A DNA stretch of 61,447 nt from Gammaproteobacteria bacterium RIFCSPHIGHO2_02_FULL_42_13 (GTDB taxonomy: Bacteria > Pseudomonadota > Gammaproteobacteria > UBA12402): NCBI GenBank assembly GCA_001801405.1, contig MGXQ01000012.1:156-61602 (forward strand), read 5' to 3'. Below are positions 28,807-38,652 of the stretch, piece after piece (positions within the stretch are counted from its first letter, which is position 1; every line of letters starts with the position of its first letter). A model generated the notes under the pieces. The model saw only the letters and a program-made list of their open reading frames with translations. It ran no database searches and was not told where the DNA came from. Made by a program: the position numbers and the translations under genes.

Positions 28807-29949
28807 TCAATTTTCACTCATAACACATTCTTCACACAACAAAATCTGCACTAAACCAACAATATAATCAATATCCCGCCTGCTCAGCTCAGGATGTAAT
28901 GGCAAGGTCAATAATTCGACAGATAATTGCTCTGCAACGGGCAACTGAGAGCTCCCATGGCCGTATTTAGACAACAAGTGAGATGCTTTATAATGAACCC
29001 CCACTTCGACTGCATGCTGCTTTAAATATATCCCTAACCGATCACGCTGACCGTTCAAAACCCTCATCGGCATAATATGTGGCACAATATCATCTAAATC
29101 CATTTGCAATAACTGAACCCCCTGAATATTTTTCAATCGCTCATAATAATAGCTTATCAGCTGTCTTCTTGCCGATTTAAATTCTTTTTCAAAACGGTCT
29201 AATTGCACGACACCAATCGCCGCCATTAAGTTGCTCATATGATATCGAAATCCCTGCTCCATCACATCAAAATCACAACCGCATTGCGCTGAAGAAAGTT
29301 TTTCAGTTTCTCTATGCACGCCCAACAATCGTGCATTCGATACCTTATGAATAACTGCACTGTCCGCGCTTACAATGGCGCCACCCTCCCCGCAGGTAAT
29401 ATTTTTAATCCCATCAAAACTAAAACAAACCACATCACCAAAGCTACCAATTTTTTTGCCTCGATAGACTGAGCCAAACGCATGCGCCGCATCTTCGACC
29501 ACTCTCAATTTATGTTGCTTTGCAAAATCATAAACTGACTGCAAATCGCCACAATAACTCGCATAATGAACAAACATGAGTGCTTTTGTTTTTGAACTTA
29601 ACCGTTTCTCAGCATCTTTCAAATCCAATAATCCATTCTCTAAATGTACATCACAAGCAACCGGTGTTGCGCCTGTCGCAGAAATCGCCTGAAAAGAAGC
29701 GACATAAGTCATCGCAGGCACCAATACTTCATCCCCCGCCCCCACGCCTAACGCTTGTAACGCCAAATGTAATGCCGCGGTACCTGAATTAACACAAACC
29801 ACTTTCCTATCTGAACAACCCAGATAGTCTTGCAATTTTTGCTCGAGTAATTGAACCTCCGCCCCCATCCCCAAATAACCATGAGCCATCACCTTTGAAA
29901 GAGCGATAACTTCCCGCTCTCCCACAACAGATTTTGATAAACGAATCAT
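28807..29949 (-). CDS. DegT/DnrJ/EryC1/StrS-family sugar aminotransferase
   Basis: VEDAAHAFG and the catalytic-lysine motif FSFDGIKNITCGEGGAIV. 380 aa. Confidence 0.85.
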   Translation of the reverse strand: MIRLSKSVVGEREVIALSKVMAHGYLGMGAEVQLLEQKLQDYLGCSDRKVVCVNSGTAALHLALQALGVGAGDEVLVPAMTYVASFQAISATGATPVACDVHLENGLLDLKDAEKRLSSKTKALMFVHYASYCGDLQSVYDFAKQHKLRVVEDAAHAFGSVYRGKKIGSFGDVVCFSFDGIKNITCGEGGAIVSADSAVIHKVSNARLLGVHRETEKLSSAQCGCDFDVMEQGFRYHMSNLMAAIGVVQLDRFEKEFKSARRQLISYYYERLKNIQGVQLLQMDLDDIVPHIMPMRVLNGQRDRLGIYLKQHAVEVGVHYKASHLLSKYGHGSSQLPVAEQLSVELLTLPLHPELSRRDIDYIVGLVQILLCEECVMSEN

Positions 29950-31256
29950 AATATCCCTCTATCCAACATCGTCAAAACCACTTGTTCATGCTGAGACCAA
30001 TTATCTTGTAAAAATTTTAAAGGAATACGCAAATGTGTCGGAAAATTCACAATATGTTGCGCCACCCATTCAGCAACAGGACACGAGGCTTGAACATAAT
30101 CCAATTTATCTAATCCTTCTGCTCGTCCATGTAAAATACTCGTAAACCAAATACCTAAATCAAAATGCTTCATAAATAATGCCTCGAATTCCGTTCTATC
30201 TTGCACCAAAAATGAATAACGAATCCACGTTTGTTGTAACAAAAATTCTTGAGGTAAATTCTCATACCATTTGATTCTTGATTCTAACCACAATGCTATT
30301 TGACGACGATGATTTAAATTGCAATGCAACCCTGCTAATTGCGATAACCCCAACTTTGCCTGAATCGACGACAACCGACAAGGATAGGGATAATTCGTCG
30401 GCCTCTCTATTTTCAATTCATCATGATAAAAGAAAATTATTTTGAATTTTACTAATGCGGCAAAAAACTTGCGCCCAAACCAAGCGCAATAAGGGGAAAG
30501 CAACATACGCTCTGTTAAAAAAGCTAACATAATTTTGCGAACCCATTTTCGCGTCAAAAAAGGCGAGGATTGCTGAATGGCGCGTATTTTTGTGGCCCAT
30601 GCATCATGGTTCGTTGTCACCATGCCGCCTAAAACCGTACTGATCACTTTCGAATGATCCGTACTAAAATAGGCTACATCAGACAAAGATCCTGCTTTCT
30701 TTCCTTTATCAGTAGCACCCAACGCATGGCACGCATCTTCAATAAGATACAATTTATAGCGATCCGCTATTGCTCTCGCCTTACCAACATCACAAATAAC
30801 TCCAAAGGTATGTTGAATATACAGCGCGCGTGTACGAGATGTAATGGCCTTTTCTATTTTTAAAACATCCACGTTAAATGTAATGGGGTCAATATCAACA
30901 TAAACGGGTTTAAGTCCTCGATAGAGAATGGCATTGGGTACTACCACACAGGTAAATGCGGGTAGAATAATTTCATCGCCCCTCTGCAACTCCAACGCCT
31001 CTAAGATGGCGTACAACCCCATTCGACCCGCACCAAAACTAATCGCATGAATGGTTCCCGCCGCTTTTGCAAACGCTTTTTCATACTCATCAATAATTGA
31101 CTCATCCTCATAAGACCCGAAGGTGAAATAAGCACAAAAAAACAACCACCACTCTTTCCAAGTATTCGTACCTGAAAAAATATTAAATCGCTTATGTGGC
31201 ACGAAAAAAGACAACATATTTTTAAGTATCATAACAGACCTGGCGTTTTTCATCAT
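29946..31256 (-). CDS. DegT-family PLP-dependent enzyme (aminotransferase-like, long form)
   Basis: IEDACHALG and FSTDHSKVISTVLGGMV; the lysine is retained, so this is not an RfbH/E1-type dehydrase. The start is ambiguous, with candidate Mets at 31256, 31232 and 31217, and the ORF overlaps the upstream GT. Confidence 0.7.
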   Translation of the reverse strand: MMKNARSVMILKNMLSFFVPHKRFNIFSGTNTWKEWWLFFCAYFTFGSYEDESIIDEYEKAFAKAAGTIHAISFGAGRMGLYAILEALELQRGDEIILPAFTCVVVPNAILYRGLKPVYVDIDPITFNVDVLKIEKAITSRTRALYIQHTFGVICDVGKARAIADRYKLYLIEDACHALGATDKGKKAGSLSDVAYFSTDHSKVISTVLGGMVTTNHDAWATKIRAIQQSSPFLTRKWVRKIMLAFLTERMLLSPYCAWFGRKFFAALVKFKIIFFYHDELKIERPTNYPYPCRLSSIQAKLGLSQLAGLHCNLNHRRQIALWLESRIKWYENLPQEFLLQQTWIRYSFLVQDRTEFEALFMKHFDLGIWFTSILHGRAEGLDKLDYVQASCPVAEWVAQHIVNFPTHLRIPLKFLQDNWSQHEQVVLTMLDRGIL

Positions 31257-32580
31257 TCAAATAAATTTTTATCACATCATCAATTCGATCGTCTAATAAA
31301 AAACGCTCTAAAAATAATGCGCGGGCGCGGTTTCCCATTTTTTGTCGCAAAAGAGAATCCGATAATAAATGACGAATGGCATCAGACAACGCCGACACAT
31401 CATTCGCAGGAATCAATAAACCAGATAGATTATGTTCCACTGCTTCCGCACAGCCGCCAGCTGTTGTGGTAATAACGGGTCGCCCGGCTCTTGCCGCTTC
31501 TTTAATCGTGTACGGCGTTGCTTCACCTTGTGTCGATGGCACGACAACAACATCCGCAATCGAATTTAATGCGTGCATATCCGTACGATAACCTAAAAAC
31601 TCCACATATGATTCCAAGCCCAAAGAATTAATCAACTCATCTAAAATCTGTTTTCTTTGTAAAGATCCATCCCCAGCGATCAATAATTTTAAAGCAGGGA
31701 AATTTTTAATATTTTCAGACAAGGCCATTAAAAGTAGATGATGTCCTTTTCGAGAATCTTCATAATTTCCCGCGATCAGCAGCACCAAATGTTCCGGAAC
31801 TAATCCTAGTTTCTGACGCTTTAAATAAATCATTTGATCGGAATATAATAGTTCATCTTTTAATCCACATTGAATCACATGAATTTTATCAGATGGCAAT
31901 CTGCGCAGATTAATCAGCTGTTGTTTGATAACAGAAGATGGCACCAATATGTCGTCACAATATTTTGCAACACTATAATCCAACAGAAAATCAGAAACCC
32001 TATACCATCGGCGTTCAACAGGTTCATTATGCACGGTCATGATAATCTTTTTAATGCCGAAAAAATGCGCCATCACAATAGTCGCCCAGCCCGCCAGCTT
32101 ACCTGGATAACCCCCATTATTAAAATGAACAATATCAACGTCTTTATGTTTATCTGCGAAAAGTTTATGAAACACGAAAAAATTTCTAAAGTGACATCTT
32201 AAATATTTAAAAGAAGCATAAGTATATAAAAAATTTACGGCTTGGAACAAATTTTTTCCTTTTACCTTCCAATTAAACACCTTAAACAAAAAACCAGTTT
32301 GTTTTTGAGATAAATAAATATAATAGCGCTCCAAAAAGTTCTGATGAAATAATTTTGGTGCTGTCTCCAAATATTTCACTTGCGATGCAAACTCAGGAAA
32401 ATCAATGGCAATTTTTCTGGAAAATTCTTTGTTTTTATCCGCGCAAATCGTTATATCAAATTGATGGCTATCCATGTTTTGCAATAACTCAAACAGATAT
32501 TTAACATCACCCCCCACGATTTCACAATGACCCGTGTAATAGAATAAACGTTTTTTTTTGCGCACAACAGAAGATATCAT
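31222..32580 (-). CDS. glycosyltransferase family 4 (GT-B)
   Basis: VVPSTQGEATPYTIKEAARAGRPVITT (E-x7-E region). 452 aa. An A9 tract lies in codons 8-10 (32551-32559). Confidence 0.8.
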   Translation of the reverse strand: MISSVVRKKKRLFYYTGHCEIVGGDVKYLFELLQNMDSHQFDITICADKNKEFSRKIAIDFPEFASQVKYLETAPKLFHQNFLERYYIYLSQKQTGFLFKVFNWKVKGKNLFQAVNFLYTYASFKYLRCHFRNFFVFHKLFADKHKDVDIVHFNNGGYPGKLAGWATIVMAHFFGIKKIIMTVHNEPVERRWYRVSDFLLDYSVAKYCDDILVPSSVIKQQLINLRRLPSDKIHVIQCGLKDELLYSDQMIYLKRQKLGLVPEHLVLLIAGNYEDSRKGHHLLLMALSENIKNFPALKLLIAGDGSLQRKQILDELINSLGLESYVEFLGYRTDMHALNSIADVVVVPSTQGEATPYTIKEAARAGRPVITTTAGGCAEAVEHNLSGLLIPANDVSALSDAIRHLLSDSLLRQKMGNRARALFLERFLLDDRIDDVIKIYLNDEKRQVCYDT

Positions 32581-32611
32581 AAAAAAACTGCCTCGCTATT
32601 TCCGGACGACA

Positions 32612-33868
32612 TTATTGATTTTCTATCGTGGCAAAACATACCGTCTCTGTTAAATTGTAGTATCGATGATCTATATAAATATTATAACGGGGGTTTAATT
32701 TTTTAATGAGCAACGGAATAGCATACAGATGATCTGCTTTATGATAAATACTAATCGCCAAGTCAGGGCCAAAATCCCTAATAACATTTTGAGCCCCCTT
32801 TAATGCTTCCACTTCACCTCCCTCTATATCCATTTTAATAAAATCGACCCCCTGGAGACCATTTTCTAATACAAAATCATCAATAGAATAAACCTTAATC
32901 GTTGTTTTTCCCTGCGCATTAATACTAGAGGCCGTTGATCCAGTCACATCAGACTCGTTGATATCAAACGCAACCTCACCCGTACGACTCCAAATACCGG
33001 CCTGAACAGGCACAATATTTTTATAAATCTCTGATAACCGCACATTATCTTGATGCACTTTTTCTTGCGGTTCGAATGCATAAACAACACCATGGGGTGA
33101 AAAATATGAAAACATAATAGAGGTATTATTATAGGCGCCAACATTTAAAATAATCTTTTTGTGACGCGGGGACACCTTATCATGATATGAATAAGGATCC
33201 AACGCTATCTTAAATGCAACATTCTCTCGAAGAGAGAGCGGCATTATCTTATTCAAGGTAGCACCATAGCCCATAGCTTTTTTCTCATATTCTTTTTGTG
33301 TTGTTAAATCAGTAGGCAATTCAAGAATTTCGGGGGAAAATGCTAGCGCTCTCGCCTTGATTAATTTCACATAGACATCTCTCGAACACACATCTGATAG
33401 AACATCAAAAGCCTCCTGAAATAACCGCTTATTTTTCTGAAAGAAATGGTAAAACTCTAATCCAAATCCATCATAATAAAACTCATGATCTAGCATCAAA
33501 ATGTGATCAAAAAATAAAAAATTTTTATAGTACTTCATTCCATAAATACGCATCAAATATCGTGCTACTTCTATTTCGTGGTAAGAAGCAATAACCATCA
33601 CGTATGTTTCAAGATTAATTTCATTGATATGGCATACCGGCACATGATCCAGTCTCTTATCAATTATTTTATATTGATCATATTCAACAAAAGCAGAAAC
33701 ATTTTTTTTATACTTTGTCTCCAACAAACATTTAACTTTTATAGCTAAGGCTCCTGTACCAAAAATTATAAAATTATCTTGGTCGCGCATCAATTGCGCA
33801 ATATCAACAAGTGAATATGGCGGCAAGTCTATATCAAAAGAAATTTTAATTGCAGGGGCTATATTCAT
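32612..33868 (-). CDS. FkbM-family SAM-dependent methyltransferase with an N-terminal Rossmann-like extension
   Basis: ILNVGAYNN and DFIKMDIEGGEVEAL are FkbM signatures. 418 aa. Confidence 0.75.
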   Translation of the reverse strand: MNIAPAIKISFDIDLPPYSLVDIAQLMRDQDNFIIFGTGALAIKVKCLLETKYKKNVSAFVEYDQYKIIDKRLDHVPVCHINEINLETYVMVIASYHEIEVARYLMRIYGMKYYKNFLFFDHILMLDHEFYYDGFGLEFYHFFQKNKRLFQEAFDVLSDVCSRDVYVKLIKARALAFSPEILELPTDLTTQKEYEKKAMGYGATLNKIMPLSLRENVAFKIALDPYSYHDKVSPRHKKIILNVGAYNNTSIMFSYFSPHGVVYAFEPQEKVHQDNVRLSEIYKNIVPVQAGIWSRTGEVAFDINESDVTGSTASSINAQGKTTIKVYSIDDFVLENGLQGVDFIKMDIEGGEVEALKGAQNVIRDFGPDLAISIYHKADHLYAIPLLIKKLNPRYNIYIDHRYYNLTETVCFATIENQ

Positions 33869-33872
33869 TTTA

Positions 33873-35834
33873 TCAATCCACTGCCGCTGATTCTTTTTCT
33901 CTCATCAACTCTTTAGGGTGAATGAGCGCACGCAAAGAACCCTTTTTTTTGCGCATCAATAGCAATTGTGAGTCGGAAATTTGTTCGGGAAATTTATAGT
34001 TTTTATATAAATTGCCTAAAATAACCGTACGGCCACGCACTATGTTTTTTTTATATTGATACCGCAGCCTCATCTTTTGCAAAAGAAAATGCATATAAAT
34101 TATCTGGCATAATATAAAATACAAAGGCCGCCGTGGCAGCACCATCATAAATCGACTAGACAATATCAGGTTCAAAAATAGCCGAACAGCGCTCAAAATA
34201 CCAAGGCGGGGTCTCACCAAAATATCCCACAGTGACCTTCCTTTCAAATTTTTAATTCCCTGTTTAATCGGCTGTATTAATCGATACTTATATGTATCAC
34301 GATTATTCATGCCATGAATAGCGATTGATGTCTCATCATGAAAGGAATATTGCTTATTTTTTCTTGCTAATTTATGCCAAGCACGAAACGCCTCCAATTT
34401 TAACATCATATCCCAAAAAACAATGGCACTCATCGGCGAACCATTTAAATTAATATAATTTTCTTTATTGGCTCCTTTGTCAGAAACAGAGATTAAATAA
34501 GATTCTTGCGCATCCATTGACGATCCAATGACACCAACCTGTAAACTATATTCATAAAGAGGAGTTCCTGGTAATGCAAATGCGTAAAAAATTGATGTTC
34601 GAGATACTTCTAGTAATGAATATCCTTGCAAATAGGACAATTCGCCAATTAATTCACCCGTTGCTCTAACGGTCTGATCCGTTTCACCCGGCATACCAAC
34701 CATTACTGCCATCGGCGAATAGACTCCATACTGTACACAATATTTTATTGCCTGCCTAACATCATCCGCAGAAAATCTTTTTTCCATAATGTCCAATATT
34801 TTTTGACTGCCGGATTCGACTCCAAATTTCAAACCGCAACAACCCGCATCGTGATAAAACTTCACATCATCCACTGTTACATTGTTACAGCGTACCCCGC
34901 TACATATCCATAATAAATTATATTTATTAAATAGCTTAACAACTTCATAGGTATGTCGCTTATCCGCACCAAAATTTTCATCCATCACATGAACAAAGCC
35001 AACATCATACTTTTGAACCAATAGCTGCAAGTGCTCCTCTAGCTTGGTTAAACTAAATCGATGCAATTTTCTCGAGCCTCTCTGGCAAAATGTACATTGC
35101 GCAACACAACCTTTAGAGATCCAAAACGCTGCGCATTTTATACCTCGGCCTTTTTCAAATGATCGCACATCACGCGAAAACCAATCTGAACGCAACCCAT
35201 CACGAAAGTAATTGCTGCCTAAATGCGGTTGATCCTTGCAACCTGCAAGCAGGATATCATAATCAGGATAACACATAGCATCATCAGGAATAGATTCACC
35301 CTCTCCATTAGCAATAAACTGACCATTATCTTCCAAATAAGCTACCCCGGGGATCATGGATAACACTGAAGTAACTTTTTTACGCTGAAATTTTTTAACA
35401 TAATCCAGAAATTTTACAAAAGGAATTTCGCCATCACCCCTCACGCAAATATCGACTTCCGTTTTATTTAAAACCACTTCAGCAGAAGCGGATAAATATC
35501 CTCCCATTACAATCCATGAATTGGGACATACCTCTCTCGCAATAGAGGCTAGCGATTTAACTGAAGAATAGCTAGTGGACACCACCGCACTGAGACCAAT
35601 AACAGTAGGTTGCGTTTTCTTAAAATATTCCTTGATAGCCGCATCGGACAAATCAAGCATATCAATATCAAGAAAATCACAGGTTGAGGCATCATAACCA
35701 GAACGCCTCATCCAATGAATAATAGAGACGATCGCTATTTTCGGATACATCGGCAATTGATCCGCGTTTCGAGGCGCTCCGCGATCAAGCGGTACAGTAC
35801 AGAGCAAAACCTTCATAAACCTATCCCCCCACAA
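33873..35834 (-). CDS. B12-binding-domain radical SAM enzyme (class B type)
   Basis: N-terminal cobalamin-binding-like Rossmann region (VIGLSAVVSTSY) and the radical-SAM triad in SKGCVAQCTFCQRG (CxxxCxxC). The C-terminal extension is hydrophobic. The more likely start is MKVLLC (ATG 35816), which has GGGGGGA upstream. Confidence 0.85.
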   Translation of the reverse strand: MWGDRFMKVLLCTVPLDRGAPRNADQLPMYPKIAIVSIIHWMRRSGYDASTCDFLDIDMLDLSDAAIKEYFKKTQPTVIGLSAVVSTSYSSVKSLASIAREVCPNSWIVMGGYLSASAEVVLNKTEVDICVRGDGEIPFVKFLDYVKKFQRKKVTSVLSMIPGVAYLEDNGQFIANGEGESIPDDAMCYPDYDILLAGCKDQPHLGSNYFRDGLRSDWFSRDVRSFEKGRGIKCAAFWISKGCVAQCTFCQRGSRKLHRFSLTKLEEHLQLLVQKYDVGFVHVMDENFGADKRHTYEVVKLFNKYNLLWICSGVRCNNVTVDDVKFYHDAGCCGLKFGVESGSQKILDIMEKRFSADDVRQAIKYCVQYGVYSPMAVMVGMPGETDQTVRATGELIGELSYLQGYSLLEVSRTSIFYAFALPGTPLYEYSLQVGVIGSSMDAQESYLISVSDKGANKENYINLNGSPMSAIVFWDMMLKLEAFRAWHKLARKNKQYSFHDETSIAIHGMNNRDTYKYRLIQPIKQGIKNLKGRSLWDILVRPRLGILSAVRLFLNLILSSRFMMVLPRRPLYFILCQIIYMHFLLQKMRLRYQYKKNIVRGRTVILGNLYKNYKFPEQISDSQLLLMRKKKGSLRALIHPKELMREKESAAVD

Positions 35835-35966
35835 AAGATCGTCAAATTATAAACGGATCCTAAAAAAAATCCATGATAATTTTTTCAGCAATGAACAAAG
35901 TTTGCCCGGCCTGATAGCCCAATCACCTACAACCGTTTTTTCCAAAAAACTTCTTCATGATACTGC

Positions 35967-37163
35967 TCACACTTCTTGTTCTTTAAGCTGGGCAGAAAAA
36001 TTATCCCATAAAGACATATCAGAAGATCTAGGACATTTTATATAATCATCTATGTAGCGGTTATAAATTTCTGAATTAACATACATTAACGATTTTATAT
36101 CCAATTCTCTCGAATAATCATCCATATTAATTAATGCCGCCTTTAACGCCGTTGCACATTTTTCTATATTAGAAAAAGTTGCATACCCCTTGAATGAATT
36201 CATCGTCAAAAAAATCATGGGCTTATTATATAATATTGCAAAACTAATTGAGGTGCTTTCATGCGTCAGCACCAACATGCTTTTTCGCACCAACGCACAG
36301 GTCTGCCATTTTATAACCTCTCTATCCCCGAAACAATCTGCATGCCGAACATAATCAGACGTTGGATGCGCGGCAATAACAATATGGTAGTTATATTTTT
36401 CTTCTAAATAGGAAAAAAAATCTCGCAGCCTAGAATAATATGATGCCGGATCAATATTACGCTCCTCTCCTGTAAACAATGTATCATGATGATAAGGCAC
36501 ATTAGTATCCAAAAAAACACATAATGAATCGTCATTCACCCACTCTTTTTTATTTTCCAATAAAAACAAATCGTAATCACGGGAATGCGACGGACAAATC
36601 AACGTGCTTTTATTAATGGGCAATTGATCAGAATATCCTTTGTTTCCAGCTACTAACACAATATAGGCTGGATCAATACCTATCCACGTACAGGGGAGTT
36701 TTCTATAAAATAACGCCGCCAAACGCGAAAACAAAGGCGCTCGCAATTTATCCTGACAATATGCTTTAAAGTTTTTATAACATTTTTTTTCAGCAACCGC
36801 AGGGAGCGCAGGGCCACATAAAATAAAAGAATATTTTACATGATAGGTTGAAAGCGCTCGATATATAAAATAATTTGAAATATCGTAAGGGACTGTCGAG
36901 ATAACAAGCACATCATTATTCATTTCAGAAACAGCTTTTATATATTCTTGTCTCGTATTTATAAAAACACACTTTTTGGTAATTTCCTGATTCACCGACT
37001 GATCCGAAGGAGGCACATGTGGATATATCAATTTAATCAAACACCAAAATTCTACCTCAAAACCATTTTTTTCTAACTCAACAACACCAAATCGTTTATA
37101 TTCTATTTCATTAAAATAAGTTGTTAAAAATATTATACCCTTTCGAATTTTCATATTTACCAC
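35967..37163 (-). CDS. hypothetical GT-B-like protein, a candidate CMP-ulosonic-acid-dependent transferase
   Basis: 398 aa with no strong family call. IAAHPTS (an HP motif) is followed about 37 aa later by THESTSISF. This spacing is reminiscent of the HP...SS motifs of bacterial sialyl/Kdo transferases. The gene lies immediately downstream of the CMP-NulO synthetase/SDR genes. Confidence 0.4.
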   Translation of the reverse strand: MVNMKIRKGIIFLTTYFNEIEYKRFGVVELEKNGFEVEFWCLIKLIYPHVPPSDQSVNQEITKKCVFINTRQEYIKAVSEMNNDVLVISTVPYDISNYFIYRALSTYHVKYSFILCGPALPAVAEKKCYKNFKAYCQDKLRAPLFSRLAALFYRKLPCTWIGIDPAYIVLVAGNKGYSDQLPINKSTLICPSHSRDYDLFLLENKKEWVNDDSLCVFLDTNVPYHHDTLFTGEERNIDPASYYSRLRDFFSYLEEKYNYHIVIAAHPTSDYVRHADCFGDREVIKWQTCALVRKSMLVLTHESTSISFAILYNKPMIFLTMNSFKGYATFSNIEKCATALKAALINMDDYSRELDIKSLMYVNSEIYNRYIDDYIKCPRSSDMSLWDNFSAQLKEQEV

Positions 37164-37954
37164 GCCGCCCAGCCACCATCCACCAATAAATTTTGCCCCG
37201 TCACATACAACGATAGATCTGTTGCGAAATAAGCAATCGCCCCTTTTAAATCTTCTTCCGTCGCCATTCTTTTTAAAGGTGTTTTTTTGATATAACGCTC
37301 ACAAAAATCTTTCGGCTGATGGCGAAAAATTCCACCCGGCGAAATCATGTTTACGCGAATATCCGGCGCTAACACGGTGGCTAACCAACGCGTTAATTGA
37401 AGTAAGCCGCCCTTACTTGCCGCATAAGCGGCGGGATTGCCCAGGCTCCCTCCCTCATACAAACTCATATCCGGCCCTAAAACGCCATAAATGGAACCGA
37501 TATTAATCACAACACCCTTCGTCGCTTTTAACAAATCCACACAAGACTGGATCAACGCAAATGGCGCTGTTAAATTGACTTCCAATGCGCGGCGCCAAGT
37601 ATCCACACGCTGTTCCTTGAAATCAGCCACCCATCCTTTTAAATTGGACGCCCCTGTAAACGCAGCATTATTCATCAAAATATCTAAACGGCCAAATTGC
37701 TCTTCAATAATCGGCATCACCTGGTCAAGAAAATGAGGATCCTCCAGATCAACTGCGATCGCAACAGATTGAACAGCATATTTGTCTTGAATCAATTGAG
37801 CCGCTTTTTCTGACGCATTTTTATCGCTATCTAAAATTATAATATGCGCACCTAATTCAGCCAAGGTTTCTGCCGCCATACGACCCACATGACCCGCGCC
37901 ACCCGTAATCAATGCCACACGACCAACTAAATTCATCTGTTCATGTATCGTCAT
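37157..37954 (-). CDS. short-chain dehydrogenase/reductase
   Basis: ALITGGAGHVGR, NNAA and YAASKGG (YxxxK). 265 aa. Confidence 0.85.
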   Translation of the reverse strand: MTIHEQMNLVGRVALITGGAGHVGRMAAETLAELGAHIIILDSDKNASEKAAQLIQDKYAVQSVAIAVDLEDPHFLDQVMPIIEEQFGRLDILMNNAAFTGASNLKGWVADFKEQRVDTWRRALEVNLTAPFALIQSCVDLLKATKGVVINIGSIYGVLGPDMSLYEGGSLGNPAAYAASKGGLLQLTRWLATVLAPDIRVNMISPGGIFRHQPKDFCERYIKKTPLKRMATEEDLKGAIAYFATDLSLYVTGQNLLVDGGWAAW

Positions 37955-38652
37955 TGCCTAGACTCCTTCATCAACATTTCCGCTATTTTGAAATCCAATA
38001 GCGTATCAATATCAATTGCTCTTTCAGCGGGAATAATTACCGAACGAACGCGCCCTTCAAATATACTTGTCGTGTTCAATATAAAATCCGGCTTTGCCAC
38101 GTAAGCCACCGTCGTCATATCGTAAAGCATCGGCGCCGCTTGACGATTATAAACGACATCATCTCCTTCGCAAACTAAATGCGAAAAGCCATCGCGATCC
38201 ATCTTTACCATATTAAAATAGGGATTACGCTCTGCTTTCTTAACGGTCACAACAATATCGGTATCTGTATTTGATAAAAGGTTAATGCATTTTTCCACAT
38301 CTTCCACGTTTCGTAGAGGCGCCGTTGCGGGAACGCTCACAAACACATCAAATGCATTGCATTTCTGCATAAACCGGATCGCATGTTGCCACGCTTGCCA
38401 CTCTGAACTATTATCTTGTGCCAATTCTTTTGGTCTCATAAAAGGGACTTCTGCGCCATACTGTTTAGCAACCGATGCAATCTCCTCATCATCGGTCGAC
38501 ACCATGACACGACTAATCGATGGACACGCCAGCGCCGTTTCAATTGAATATACAATCAAAGGCTTTCCATTGAGCAATGTAATATTTTTTCGTGGAATGC
38601 CTTTTGAGCCTCCGCGCGCAAAAATAAATGCAAAGCAATTCAATGCTTTCAT
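37951..38652 (-). CDS. neuA: CMP-nonulosonic acid synthetase (acylneuraminate cytidylyltransferase family)
   Basis: FIFARGGSKGIPRKNITLLNGKPLI. The start is set at MKALNCF (ATG 38652), which forms an ATGA overlap with the upstream stop. The ORF-track start at 38748 lies inside the upstream gene. Confidence 0.8.
   Translation of the reverse strand: MKALNCFAFIFARGGSKGIPRKNITLLNGKPLIVYSIETALACPSISRVMVSTDDEEIASVAKQYGAEVPFMRPKELAQDNSSEWQAWQHAIRFMQKCNAFDVFVSVPATAPLRNVEDVEKCINLLSNTDTDIVVTVKKAERNPYFNMVKMDRDGFSHLVCEGDDVVYNRQAAPMLYDMTTVAYVAKPDFILNTTSIFEGRVRSVIIPAERAIDIDTLLDFKIAEMLMKESRQ

Noticed and set aside
29946-31256. The 436-aa DegT-family protein as an RfbH/E1-type CDP-4-keto-6-deoxyglucose 3-dehydrase, which would imply a 3,6-dideoxyhexose
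   Set aside because: The active-site context FSTDHSKVIS retains the Schiff-base lysine, which E1-type dehydrases replace with histidine. I also saw no Fe-S cysteine motif and no E3 reductase partner.
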